A DNA stretch of 42,001 nt from Nanobdellota archaeon (GTDB lineage: Archaea; Nanobdellota; Nanobdellia; Woesearchaeales; GW2011-AR9). The stretch spans positions 1 to 42,001 of the forward strand of contig JBBSYZ010000008.1 of NCBI GenBank assembly GCA_038045005.1, read 5' to 3'. Within the stretch, counting starts at the first letter, position 1; every line of letters starts with the position of its first letter. The notes beneath the pieces were generated by a model. It did not search any database. It was not told the DNA's origin and worked only from the letters and a program-made list of their open reading frames with translations. Below, piece after piece: positions 1-7,846 of the stretch. Made by a program: the position numbers and the translations under genes.

Positions 1-74
1 AGTTTCATAACCCCAAAAAGCTTATCGTAGGGAAATAGTTTCGGGATAACACAACTTCGATGGAAACCTAAACG

Positions 75-83
75 TTTATAAAA
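75..83 (+). promoter_or_regulatory. Archaeal TATA box (TTTATAAAA) upstream of the tRNA-Ser leader duplicate at 107
   Basis: TATA consensus about 25 nt upstream of the first GCCACCGTCGCAT copy. Confidence 0.5.
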
Positions 84-167
84 CAAATAGATTATTTATT
101 CTTAGTGCCACCGTCGCATTCATAAAGGCAAATGCCTTTAGACGCGACGTTGTCTTCATTACATTAC

Positions 168-340
168 GCCACCGTCGCATAATCCGGTATTGCGCAGGTC
201 TTGAATAAACTTTTTAAAAAAAAGTTTAATCAAAAACCTCTATGAAGAGAACCTGTTCCTTCGGGAATTCTCGGTTCAAACGAGAAACTGCGTTTCTCAC
301 CCAGAAAAACGCAGTTTTTCTGAATGTCCGAGCGGTGGCG
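168..340 (+). tRNA. tRNA-Ser(TGA) with two introns (206-249 at 37/38; 281-326 at 59/60)
   Basis: Acceptor GCCACCG/CGGTGGC+G; anticodon stem CAGGT/ACCTG with loop CT-TGA-A; long variable arm; T arm CTCGG-TTCAAA..T-CCGAG; TTCA/TGAA BHB helix. Confidence 0.92.
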
Positions 341-483
341 CTTTTTTTATTGTTTGTTTTGGATCTAAAACACCGCAGCTCTGCTGGGGTTGGATTTTTT
401 ATTCCTAATCCAGTATCCTTTCGGTAAAGAGCAAGAACATCCTAACAAACTTTAAAAAAGAATCCATATTAGAATTCTAAAAT

Positions 484-586
484 ACGGCTGTGGTCTAGTG
501 GTTTGATCCGAGCTTCCCAAGCTTGTGGCCCGGGTTCGATTAGCTGAATGCTATTAATGCACAGCTCGATTTTCCCGGCAGCCGTA
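484..586 (+). tRNA. tRNA-Gly(CCC) with T-loop intron (about 541-572)
   Basis: Acceptor ACGGCTG/CAGCCGT+A; anticodon arm CGAGC-TTCCCAA-GCTTG; T stem CCGGG/CCCGG interrupted by a 32-nt hairpin. Confidence 0.88.
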
Positions 587-594
587 CTTTGCCA

Positions 595-659
595 GCGCAA
601 GAAAACTGACAAAAATCAGTTTTCTGCGCAGAAATGTGGTATCTTCCACATTTCTTGCG
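595..659. mobile_element. Bulged twin-hairpin micro-insertion with GCG duplication
   Basis: Two overlapping hairpins; removing 598-659 restores GCCAGCGTCGCAT, identical to 706-718. Confidence 0.7.
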
Positions 660-705
660 TCGCATACACAAAATGAGTACGCATTTTGGTCGCGACTTGG
701 CTCAC

Positions 706-926
706 GCCAGCGTCGCATAATCCGGTAGTGCGGCAGTCTCGAAAGCAACTTTTGGAAAGTTGCATCAAAATGGGGGCATAAAGCCCACCAAGAGTTAACT
801 GCTCCCTCTGGGATTCCCGGTTCAAACAAATGGTTACGCGCATTTGATACGCAAGAGCGGGTTAGGCATAAAGCCTAACGCACTGCGGATTAATGCGTAA
901 TCATTCTGAAAGTCCGGGCGCTGGCG
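706..926 (+). tRNA. tRNA-Ser(CGA) with two introns (744-796 at 37/38; 827-912 at 59/60)
   Basis: Acceptor GCCAGCG/CGCTGGC+G; stem GCAGT/ACTGC with CT-CGA-A; variable arm TCCCTCTGGGA; T arm CCCGG-TTCAAA..T-CCGGG. Confidence 0.92.
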
Positions 927-1003
927 CTTTTTTTTTACAACCAGCTTTTATCACCACATATTTTAAATACCATGCATTTTTCTTCATTGTGGAGGTGTCT
1001 ACT

Positions 1004-1411
1004 ATGACATATTATGAAACTTTGTTTCCGGTGATATTTTTAGCCGGAAGGATTATAGTCGGAGGATATTATCTTTTGAGCGCCGGCCATCATTTTCTCA
1101 AATTAGATATGCTGACGCAATATGCAAAATCTAAGAAAGTGCCGCTGGCAAGAGAGGCAGTACTGTTTTCCGGATTGCTTTTGCTGCTGGGAGGAGTTAG
1201 TGTCCTGCTGGGAGTCTATCCGCAAGCAGGAGTTCTGCTGTTAGTTCTATTCTTGACCGCGGCATCATTCAAGATGCACGATTTTTGGGCGGTGCCGGAA
1301 GAGCAGAAGATGGCTGAGAAGATGAATTTCCTGAAGAATATGGCTCTTCTTGGATCGGCATTGATGTGGCTGGCGATACAGACCCCTTGGGCTTTTAGCC
1401 TAACGATTTAA
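1004..1411 (+). CDS. DoxX family membrane protein
   Basis: SD GGAGGTG before ATG 1004; four hydrophobic segments; H-D-F-W and 'NFLKNMALLG' DoxX/SURF4 motif. Confidence 0.85.
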   Translation: MTYYETLFPVIFLAGRIIVGGYYLLSAGHHFLKLDMLTQYAKSKKVPLAREAVLFSGLLLLLGGVSVLLGVYPQAGVLLLVLFLTAASFKMHDFWAVPEEQKMAEKMNFLKNMALLGSALMWLAIQTPWAFSLTI

Positions 1412-1473
1412 TTTTATTTTTAATTTTATTTTTTAAAATTTATTAGGCCATAAATACAAGCAAAAAATGAAAA

Positions 1474-1660
1474 ACCCAGTCGCCCCAAGGGGCGGGGTAT
1501 CTGTAACAATATACCCTAAATATTTGGGCGCCTTGGTTTTTCGTCCAGAAAACATATATGAATGATTTATTTCATCCCAATCACCGCAAGCACACAATGA
1601 AGCAAAGACTTCATTGGTGCGCCAGTAAAATCGTTGTTTTACTGTGCGCGGAGGGGTATG
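1474..1660. repeat. REP-like hairpin cluster (hairpin + GGGGTAT); one copy interrupted by a twin-hairpin insertion at 1590-1649
   Basis: ACCCAGT-CGCCCC-AA-GGGGCG-GGGTAT (1474-1500); TCCCAATCACCGCAA[insert]GCGGAGGGGTATG (1575-1660); lies between convergent genes. Confidence 0.65.
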
Positions 1661-1673
1661 TTTTCTGAAATCA

Positions 1674-2738
1674 TCACAGCTTCAATCCTTCTTCCGCCAA
1701 TAATTGTCTCTGCCATTTCCTCAGGCAATCGGTTTTGTTAGCAGAAGCGATCTCGCTCATCTGTTCCTTGTTGATGATCAAATGCCCTTTGATGCCAATC
1801 TTGTCGGCTGCTTTCAGCTGCAGTTCATTAAGCTGTTCAAACAGGTCTTTCTGCTGCTGGGAATACCTCTTTTTTTCTTTGATTTGGATATCTACCGGCT
1901 CTCTATTCCCTTCCTCCACAGCAGCATAAAACTGAGCAGCTTCCTTCCGCACAATAGGATGAACTCCCCGCAGATTTTCCCATTGCGGCGGATGGAGAGA
2001 ACATTCACGCAGATGATTGTTGTTGATTATGAAATGCGACGGCCGATCAACTCTCTTAGCCAATTTCTGGCGGAGAAGAAACAATTTTTTGAAAATGCCC
2101 AGCTGTCCGGGAGAAAAAACTTTTACGCCGCGGACATCGATGAAAGCCTGTTCGTTATAACTAAAATCTGCCCGCTCCAGCACTGCAAATTCTTCTTCGG
2201 CCCAGGACCAGCGCCCTTTCTGCTGCAGTTCCTTTTTGAAAATGTCGCGAAGCTGGATCAAATATTGAGTGTCTTTTGCCGCATAAGAAAGCATTTTAGT
2301 ATCCAGCGGCCTTTTGGTCCAGTCTGCCATCTGGTATTTCCGCTCTTTTTCAATGCTAAAATATTCTCTCAGCAGATCGCCGAGGCCCAGCTGCTTTTTT
2401 CCCAGCAATAAAGCGGCCAGCTGCGTGTCAAAAACATTTCTGGGCCGGCATGAAAACTGTTCGTGAAGAATCCGGAAATCGAAACTCACGTCATGGAATA
2501 TTTTCTGAATGTTTTTATTTTCAAATATATCTGCCAGGGGCTGGATTTCCTTCATGACCAATACATCAATTATCCAGATTTTATCCAGACTGGAGATTTG
2601 AATCAAAGTGATGTAAGCTCCGTAATGATGGAGATTATTTTCGCATTCCAGATCCACTGCCAGATCAGCAGCGGAATTCCATTCCCGCACCGCTTCGTAG
2701 AGCGCATCTTTGGTATCTACATAAGTAAATGAAACCAT
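1674..2738 (-). CDS. rnd: Ribonuclease D-like 3'-5' exonuclease with HRDC domain
   Basis: DEDDy motifs DLECE, FHDVSFD, YAAKD; DWTKRPL motif; C-terminal HRDC-like 'RQKLAKRVDRPSHFII'. Confidence 0.88.
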   Translation of the reverse strand: MVSFTYVDTKDALYEAVREWNSAADLAVDLECENNLHHYGAYITLIQISSLDKIWIIDVLVMKEIQPLADIFENKNIQKIFHDVSFDFRILHEQFSCRPRNVFDTQLAALLLGKKQLGLGDLLREYFSIEKERKYQMADWTKRPLDTKMLSYAAKDTQYLIQLRDIFKKELQQKGRWSWAEEEFAVLERADFSYNEQAFIDVRGVKVFSPGQLGIFKKLFLLRQKLAKRVDRPSHFIINNNHLRECSLHPPQWENLRGVHPIVRKEAAQFYAAVEEGNREPVDIQIKEKKRYSQQQKDLFEQLNELQLKAADKIGIKGHLIINKEQMSEIASANKTDCLRKWQRQLLAEEGLKL

Positions 2739-2951
2739 AGCCCCAATATCTGATAAATATATATAAATATATGGCGGGTTTTTATTAAAATTAAGAGTAA
2801 TATCGTCAGGATAGGTTTCAGGTGGGTGGGGATGAAACTCAATGAAGGGGAATTGAAACCTGCCGGTGAATTCATCCGGAAGCAGATTTGGAATAATTGA
2901 TGGGAAGAAGGAATTTCAAAAATAAGCAGTGAAAAGTAAGGAATAAAAAAG

Positions 2952-3111
2952 TGCCCCGGCCGGGATTCGAACCCGGGTCACCGCCTATCCTTGGTTTCCC
3001 ACGAAAGGGCAGTATGATAGTTTGTCCCCAGACAAACTTTACATATCTGTTTGTCTTGGTCCGGATAGTGTCAATAAACCAGCAAAGATTTATCGTCTAC
3101 ACCACCGGGGC
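2952..3111 (-). tRNA. tRNA-Glu(TTC) with three introns (3066-3096 at 15/16; 3022-3060 in the D loop after GG; 2987-3001 at 37/38)
   Basis: Spliced sequence GCCCCGGTGGTGTAG-TCCGG-ACTATCATACTGCCCTTTCG-AGGCGGTGACCCGGGTTCGAATCCCGGCCGGGGCA folds as a canonical archaeal tRNA-Glu; each intron has a BHB-like junction. Confidence 0.88.
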
Positions 3112-3210
3112 GTTAATTGGCAAAACATTACCTGCTTTAAAAAGATTTCTGAGACTACTCGCTTAATCACAACAAAAACCTTATAAAACGAAATCCAAAT
3201 TCACCCCTGC

Positions 3211-3576
3211 ATGAAAGATAAGGTTATTTTACGATTGACTGAAAATGTTACTGTTAAAGGCAACAACGGACAGGAGGCTAAAGTGGTAGCTAGAATCGAT
3301 ACCGGAGCTACTTCTTCCTCTATCGATGAATCACTAGCAGGAGAACTGCAGCTAGGCCCGGTCCTGCGTTCTAAAGTGATTAAATCTGCGTCGGGAATCC
3401 GTAAACGGCCAGCGGTAAAAGTTACAGTGATCTTAAAGGACATCTGCATCGAAGAAGAATTTACTCTGGCTGACCGAAGCCACATGACCTACAAAATGCT
3501 CATAGGCCAAAATGTGCTGAATAAAGGCAATTTCCTTATCGATCCGTCTAAAGATGCAGAACCGAGGGATAAATGA
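3211..3576 (+). CDS. RimK-associated retropepsin-like (putative ATP-dependent zinc protease family) protein
   Basis: ARIDTGATSSS aspartic-protease motif, 'FTLADRSHMTYKMLIG'; overlaps rimK start (ATGA). Confidence 0.85.
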   Translation: MKDKVILRLTENVTVKGNNGQEAKVVARIDTGATSSSIDESLAGELQLGPVLRSKVIKSASGIRKRPAVKVTVILKDICIEEEFTLADRSHMTYKMLIGQNVLNKGNFLIDPSKDAEPRDK

Positions 3577-4652
3577 AAGCCGCGCTCATCTCGCTGGGAA
3601 GTAAAAGTTCAGAGATGTCCGGGGAAGCCATGAAGAAATATTTCCAGCAGGTAGACTTGCTTTACCTGACCAAGATTGAAGTGCGCCTGGGAAAAGAAAG
3701 CGGCATCTTCTATGAAAATAAGCCGCTTGATAATTACGACTGCGTCTATGTAAAAGGCTCATTCAGATATGCTAATCTGCTCTGTTCCATCGCTTCCATG
3801 CTGGAAGGAAAAGTTCCGTATATGCCCCTTCCTGCCAATGCCTTCACTACTGTGCATAATAAACTGCTAACGCATCTGGTGCTTCAGCAACACAATATCC
3901 CCATGCCCCGAACTTATATTTCTTCCACCACGGAAACTGCAAAAGAACTGCTTAAGCGGGTCAATTATCCAATAGTTATGAAGTTTCCTGAAGGAACACA
4001 GGGAAAAGGGGTTATGTTTGCCGATTCAATAAGTTCTGCTTCTTCGTTATTGGATGCCTTAGGAGTTCTTAAGCAGCCGTTTATCATTCAGGAATATATC
4101 GATACCGGAGGCACAGATATCAGAGCTCTGGTGGTCGGAGATAAAGTTATAGCCGCCATGAGAAGGAAAGCGCAGACTGAAGAAAAAAGAGCAAACATCC
4201 ATGCCGGAGGAAAGGGACAACCGGTGCAATTAAGTCCTGCGATAATCAATCTGGCGCTGGCTACCTCCAAAGCATTAAAAACAGATGTTTGCGGAGTCGA
4301 CATCCTTGAAGGACCGACCGGGCCGCTGGTTATCGAAGCTAATATTTCTCCCGGACTGCAGGGGCTGGGTGAAGTAAGCACGCTCGATCTTCCGGATCAA
4401 ATCGCTAAATTTTTATTTCGCAAAACGGAAGAGATACTCAACGCAAGCAGGAGAACTGCCTCTGACACAGCAATAAAAGAACTTACTGAAAAAGGTCCAG
4501 AAAGCCCGCAGGAAATTATCACGCGGCTGCAGTTTCGTGGAGAACGTATACTTTTGCCGGAATGGATCACTAGAATCTGCAAATTCCAAGAGCTGAAAGA
4601 ATTTTCCGTAAAAACCAAGAAAGGAAAAGTAGATATTGAAGAGATGAAGTGA
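3573..4652 (+). CDS. rimK: RimK family alpha-L-glutamate ligase (ATP-grasp) with C-terminal extension
   Basis: GTQGKGV, IIQEYI, DIRALVVG, RANIHAGG, GVDIL, EANISPG motifs. Confidence 0.88.
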   Translation: MKAALISLGSKSSEMSGEAMKKYFQQVDLLYLTKIEVRLGKESGIFYENKPLDNYDCVYVKGSFRYANLLCSIASMLEGKVPYMPLPANAFTTVHNKLLTHLVLQQHNIPMPRTYISSTTETAKELLKRVNYPIVMKFPEGTQGKGVMFADSISSASSLLDALGVLKQPFIIQEYIDTGGTDIRALVVGDKVIAAMRRKAQTEEKRANIHAGGKGQPVQLSPAIINLALATSKALKTDVCGVDILEGPTGPLVIEANISPGLQGLGEVSTLDLPDQIAKFLFRKTEEILNASRRTASDTAIKELTEKGPESPQEIITRLQFRGERILLPEWITRICKFQELKEFSVKTKKGKVDIEEMK

Positions 4653-4722
4653 GGGAGTTGCGGCCTTATAATCCAAAAAACACTATTTATTCCTTGATAT
4701 CATAATTCTTAAGAATAATAAT

Positions 4723-4989
4723 TTATTTCCTTTTTCTCACTGACTTGGTAGCTGATTTTAATGGTGTTTCCCACCTGCGCTTCGGCTTGAACCAGGCCAG
4801 ATAGATGATCGGCAGCAATCCAAAAGTGTTCAGCAGCAGCATGGCAATGAACCAGCCCTTTTGCTTATTCTCTGCGGCATGCCATAACGCAAACCCTTTC
4901 CACGCCAATTCCCAAACTGAAAGCAAAATCAGAATCACTAAAAAACTCTCCGACTGTTGGTACAGACTATACATCACGGTTTGATACAT
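4723..4989 (-). CDS. Small membrane protein (DUF5652-like)
   Basis: 'WELAWKGFALWHAA..QKGWFIAMLLLNTFGLLPIIYL' pattern. Confidence 0.75.
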   Translation of the reverse strand: MYQTVMYSLYQQSESFLVILILLSVWELAWKGFALWHAAENKQKGWFIAMLLLNTFGLLPIIYLAWFKPKRRWETPLKSATKSVRKRK

Positions 4990-5125
4990 AAAAAGGAAAA
5001 CTCATCATAGATATTTAAATATTTGTATTTTTGAATCTGCCAGCTCATCTGTGAGCAACTATACAAAACCAAAGAAAAAACAAAATAAAACAAAAAAATA
5101 ACTGAGAAAAGAAACCTAAAAAAAT

Positions 5126-5338
5126 TCACTTCTTCTTTTTCTCTGACATAGCGCAATGGCCGCACATAGGCTTAACGAGCTTTATAACTCCTGCTACAAC
5201 TAATAAGCCGCCAAGAACAAGCCGCCAGTCAAGTGAAGACCACCAAAGAGCCCAAACTAAGACTAAAACCCCTAGTACTAGTTTCTTAACTCCATGGCAA
5301 CGCACACACATACCATCCGAACAACATCCGCAACCCAT
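5126..5338 (-). CDS. Small two-TM protein with Cys clusters
   Basis: SD GAGGTGA before ATG 5338; CGCC/CVRC at N-terminus, CGHC at C-terminus. Confidence 0.7.
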   Translation of the reverse strand: MGCGCCSDGMCVRCHGVKKLVLGVLVLVWALWWSSLDWRLVLGGLLVVAGVIKLVKPMCGHCAMSEKKKK

Positions 5339-5392
5339 TGTATTCACCTCATAAAAGTTGATACAACCAGAATAGTAAAAGAATATAAAAGG

Positions 5393-6265
5393 CTATCTCT
5401 TTTTCTTGCTTTTCTCGATTCCGCGTATTTTTTCTAAATCATCCAGAATGTCCGAAGCGATAAACACATACCCTTTCTTTTTCTTCAGCAGCTGGTCGCC
5501 GACAAATCCGTTGATGTATGAAGCAGCAACCGCGCTTTTGAACAGATCTTTGGATTTGGCTAAGAAACCTGCCGCTAACCCCGCTAAGATGTCTCCGGTG
5601 CCTCCTTTGGTCATGCCTTGATTACCGGTCCGATTAAAAGCAATTTTATTGACTGAGATAATTAAATCTGTAGGTCCTTTCACCAAGAGAACATTATTAT
5701 TCTGCAGAAAATAACGCAGATTGCCTTGCAAAATTTCCGCTTTCTCCTTGGCGTTTGCTTCCCGCAGTTTAGGCAGTAAAAACTCCTTATTGCTGTGCAC
5801 CAGCATCAACTCTAATTCAGTTTCGTGCGGAGTCACGATGCTGTTATTGAAATCTTTAAAAGAAAGGGATTTTAAAGCGTCGGCGTCAATTACTTTCAAT
5901 TTCTGTGACTTATGCACAAAATACTGGCAGAACTTTTCTGCTTTTCGAGTAACTCCGTTGCCTATCAGGACCGCATCAAACTTGTCTGCGTATTTCACCA
6001 TCTCTTTGGCGTTCTTGATCGTGAAAGTGCTCCCTTTAACTTTGTAAGTCATCAAATCTGGCGTATATTGATGTACTGCCCAAGCTACTTTCTCCGGCGC
6101 AGCTACTGTCGCCATGTCGCAGCCGGAGCGGAGAGCCGCCAAACCAGCCAGAACCACTGCACCTACATATTCCTCTGAACCGCCGATTATCAGCGCGTGG
6201 CCATTCTCTCCTTTATGAGAAGTCTTTTTCCTCTCCATTAACTTTTTAATTTGATTTATGTTCAT
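5393..6265 (-). CDS. nnrD: ADP/ATP-dependent NAD(P)H-hydrate dehydratase
   Basis: HKGENG, IGGSEEYVGA, DADAL, TPHETE, GGTGDILAG motifs. Confidence 0.92.
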   Translation of the reverse strand: MNINQIKKLMERKKTSHKGENGHALIIGGSEEYVGAVVLAGLAALRSGCDMATVAAPEKVAWAVHQYTPDLMTYKVKGSTFTIKNAKEMVKYADKFDAVLIGNGVTRKAEKFCQYFVHKSQKLKVIDADALKSLSFKDFNNSIVTPHETELELMLVHSNKEFLLPKLREANAKEKAEILQGNLRYFLQNNNVLLVKGPTDLIISVNKIAFNRTGNQGMTKGGTGDILAGLAAGFLAKSKDLFKSAVAASYINGFVGDQLLKKKKGYVFIASDILDDLEKIRGIEKSKKKR

Positions 6266-6443
6266 GGGATACGAAAATTAAGAAAATATTTATTTTTTGG
6301 TTTAAATAAGTTTGTAGTAATTGGGGGGTAGATAAAAGCAGGTTATAAGCTTCGTTTAAAAAGAATTTAAAAGCCTAGCTAAAAAGAGAACCGCTTCCAA
6401 AACTACAATAAACCTTTTAAAGAAGAATACTTCCCCCCTTCCC

Positions 6444-6643
6444 GGCCCCATAGCTCAGCCTGGTTCAGAGCGCTGGTCTTATACGACCATTAATGGCACA
6501 ATTTAACCAAACCATTAATTCCGCTTGGAAAGCCAGAGGTCCTGGGTTCAAAACAAATGTCACGCCATTTGCGAGGCGGAGAGATTTCGCAGGTGCTCAA
6601 TCCCAAGTAATCGTGACAATTGGTGAAAGTCCCAGTGGGGCCA
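6444..6643 (+). tRNA. tRNA-Ile(TAT) with two introns (6484-6530 at 37/38; 6553-6629 at 59/60)
   Basis: Acceptor GGCCCCA/TGGGGCC+A; D arm GCTC/GAGC; stem CTGGT/GCCAG with CT-TAT-A; T arm CTGGG/CCCAG; anticodon call assumes the canonical intron position (BHB helix is weak). Confidence 0.75.
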
Positions 6644-6732
6644 CTTTTTTCATAAAACAATTACCTCCCACGACCATATCTTCTTTTATCATTTTTTTCA
6701 AAAAGCATTATCGACGGCATTATCAAAAAACA

Positions 6733-7320
6733 CTAAGAACACTGTTCATTTACGCTGTCCAAAGTCATGGTAAAAGAAATTCCTTTGATTACAGGATGAG
6801 TGATGATGCCGCTAGTTTCTTTCTCCTGCAAGGTAATCACTTGCTCGCCGATGATTTTGCCGGTGGTCTTTTTAATGACGGTAATAACCACGAGCGGATC
6901 TTCGCCCTTGCAGTAAGGCATAGTCTTCATCAGTCTCCATTCCAACGCTCCGGCATAAGTATAACTTCCCCTGCCCATGGTTAAATCATACACTTCTTTA
7001 TCGCTGGTAAATATCTTTGCGCCGGAGATGCTGCATTTTTCTTCGCAATCAGTTTCAAACAGGCTGCTTAACGTCTTGCAGGTTCCTTCGATGCATAAAA
7101 AATCCTGCTGACAATCGCTGTTATACTCGCAGGCAGGCGGCGTTTCCGGGGTTTCCGATTCTTCCGAAGGCTCTGCTGCAGAGATATTTTCAATATCCGC
7201 GATCGTTCCTGCACTATCTTCTGAAGTTACAGGAACAGCTGATTTATTGGGGCCGCAACCGACCAGGATAATTGAAATAAACAACCATATACAGATTAAA
7301 AAAATAGATCTTATCTTCAT
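6733..7320 (-). CDS. Putative lipoprotein with Cys-rich segment
   Basis: Lipobox-like LVGC after a hydrophobic signal; acidic linker; C-x4-DC-x5-C-x4-C motif; SD GAGGT. Confidence 0.75.
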   Translation of the reverse strand: MKIRSIFLICIWLFISIILVGCGPNKSAVPVTSEDSAGTIADIENISAAEPSEESETPETPPACEYNSDCQQDFLCIEGTCKTLSSLFETDCEEKCSISGAKIFTSDKEVYDLTMGRGSYTYAGALEWRLMKTMPYCKGEDPLVVITVIKKTTGKIIGEQVITLQEKETSGIITHPVIKGISFTMTLDSVNEQCS

Positions 7321-7530
7321 TTTACCTCTCGTGCAAAAAATGGAGAAGGATTATATAAACTCTTCTGCCAGCAAATTTCCGGGCATATAAACTATTTCGC
7401 AGCCAAAACTTTCGAGACAGGTTTTACAACCATTCGATAAACCAGCTGGATTTAACAAGCTCAACCTCTTCTTTCGAATCTGGCTGCTGTAACAATTAAA
7501 TCATTGAAATTTAAATGCTTATCTATACTC

Positions 7531-7695
7531 GGCTAATATGAAACCCTATGCTTCGCAGGTCACTAACAGCCTCGCTAAACCGATGTTTTACGTCGTTGGT
7601 CGGCGTTCCCCGTAAGGGACAAGCCCCTTGCCGACGTGAATGTGATTTTTGAACACGCTCGGAAAGGGTTAGTGACCGAGGGTTTCATATTAGCC
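7531..7695. mobile_element. MITE, 165 bp, 17-bp perfect TIR, 9-bp target-site duplication
   Basis: GGCTAATATGAAACCCT (7531-7547) / AGGGTTTCATATTAGCC (7679-7695), flanked by TCTATACTC at 7522-7530 and 7696-7704; no ORF. Confidence 0.92.
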
Positions 7696-7704
7696 TCTAT
7701 ACTC

Positions 7705-7846
7705 TAAGAAATAATAATAGAAAATAATAGTAAAAGATAATAATAGAAAATAGCAGTGAAAAATATAGGATAATAACCATGGATATGAAATGATAGCTAC
7801 GATAAATAATGATAATAATGGTGATAGTCGCAATGAAAAGAATAAC
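7705..7846. repeat. Low-complexity A/T-rich (ATA/AAT-like) tract
   Basis: Degenerate ATAATAG(A) units downstream of tRNA-Gly(GCC). Confidence 0.6.

Noticed and set aside
242-1003. ORFs 242-427, 554-829, 616-843 and the 893-1003 extension of the DoxX ORF
   Set aside because: They overlap tRNA genes and hairpins; DoxX has a clear SD and ATG at 1004
1704-2732. Plus-strand ORFs (235 aa, 89 aa) opposite rnd
   Set aside because: Antisense shadows of a well-supported gene; no motifs
2813-2880. Hairpins AGGTTTCA/TGAAACCT and CCGG..CCGG between rnd and tRNA-Glu
   Set aside because: Short stems with a large loop; not distinguishable from chance or a terminator
6493-6984. 163-aa plus-strand ORF starting inside the tRNA-Ile intron
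   Set aside because: Runs through tRNA exons and antisense to a lipoprotein gene; not a homing endonuclease
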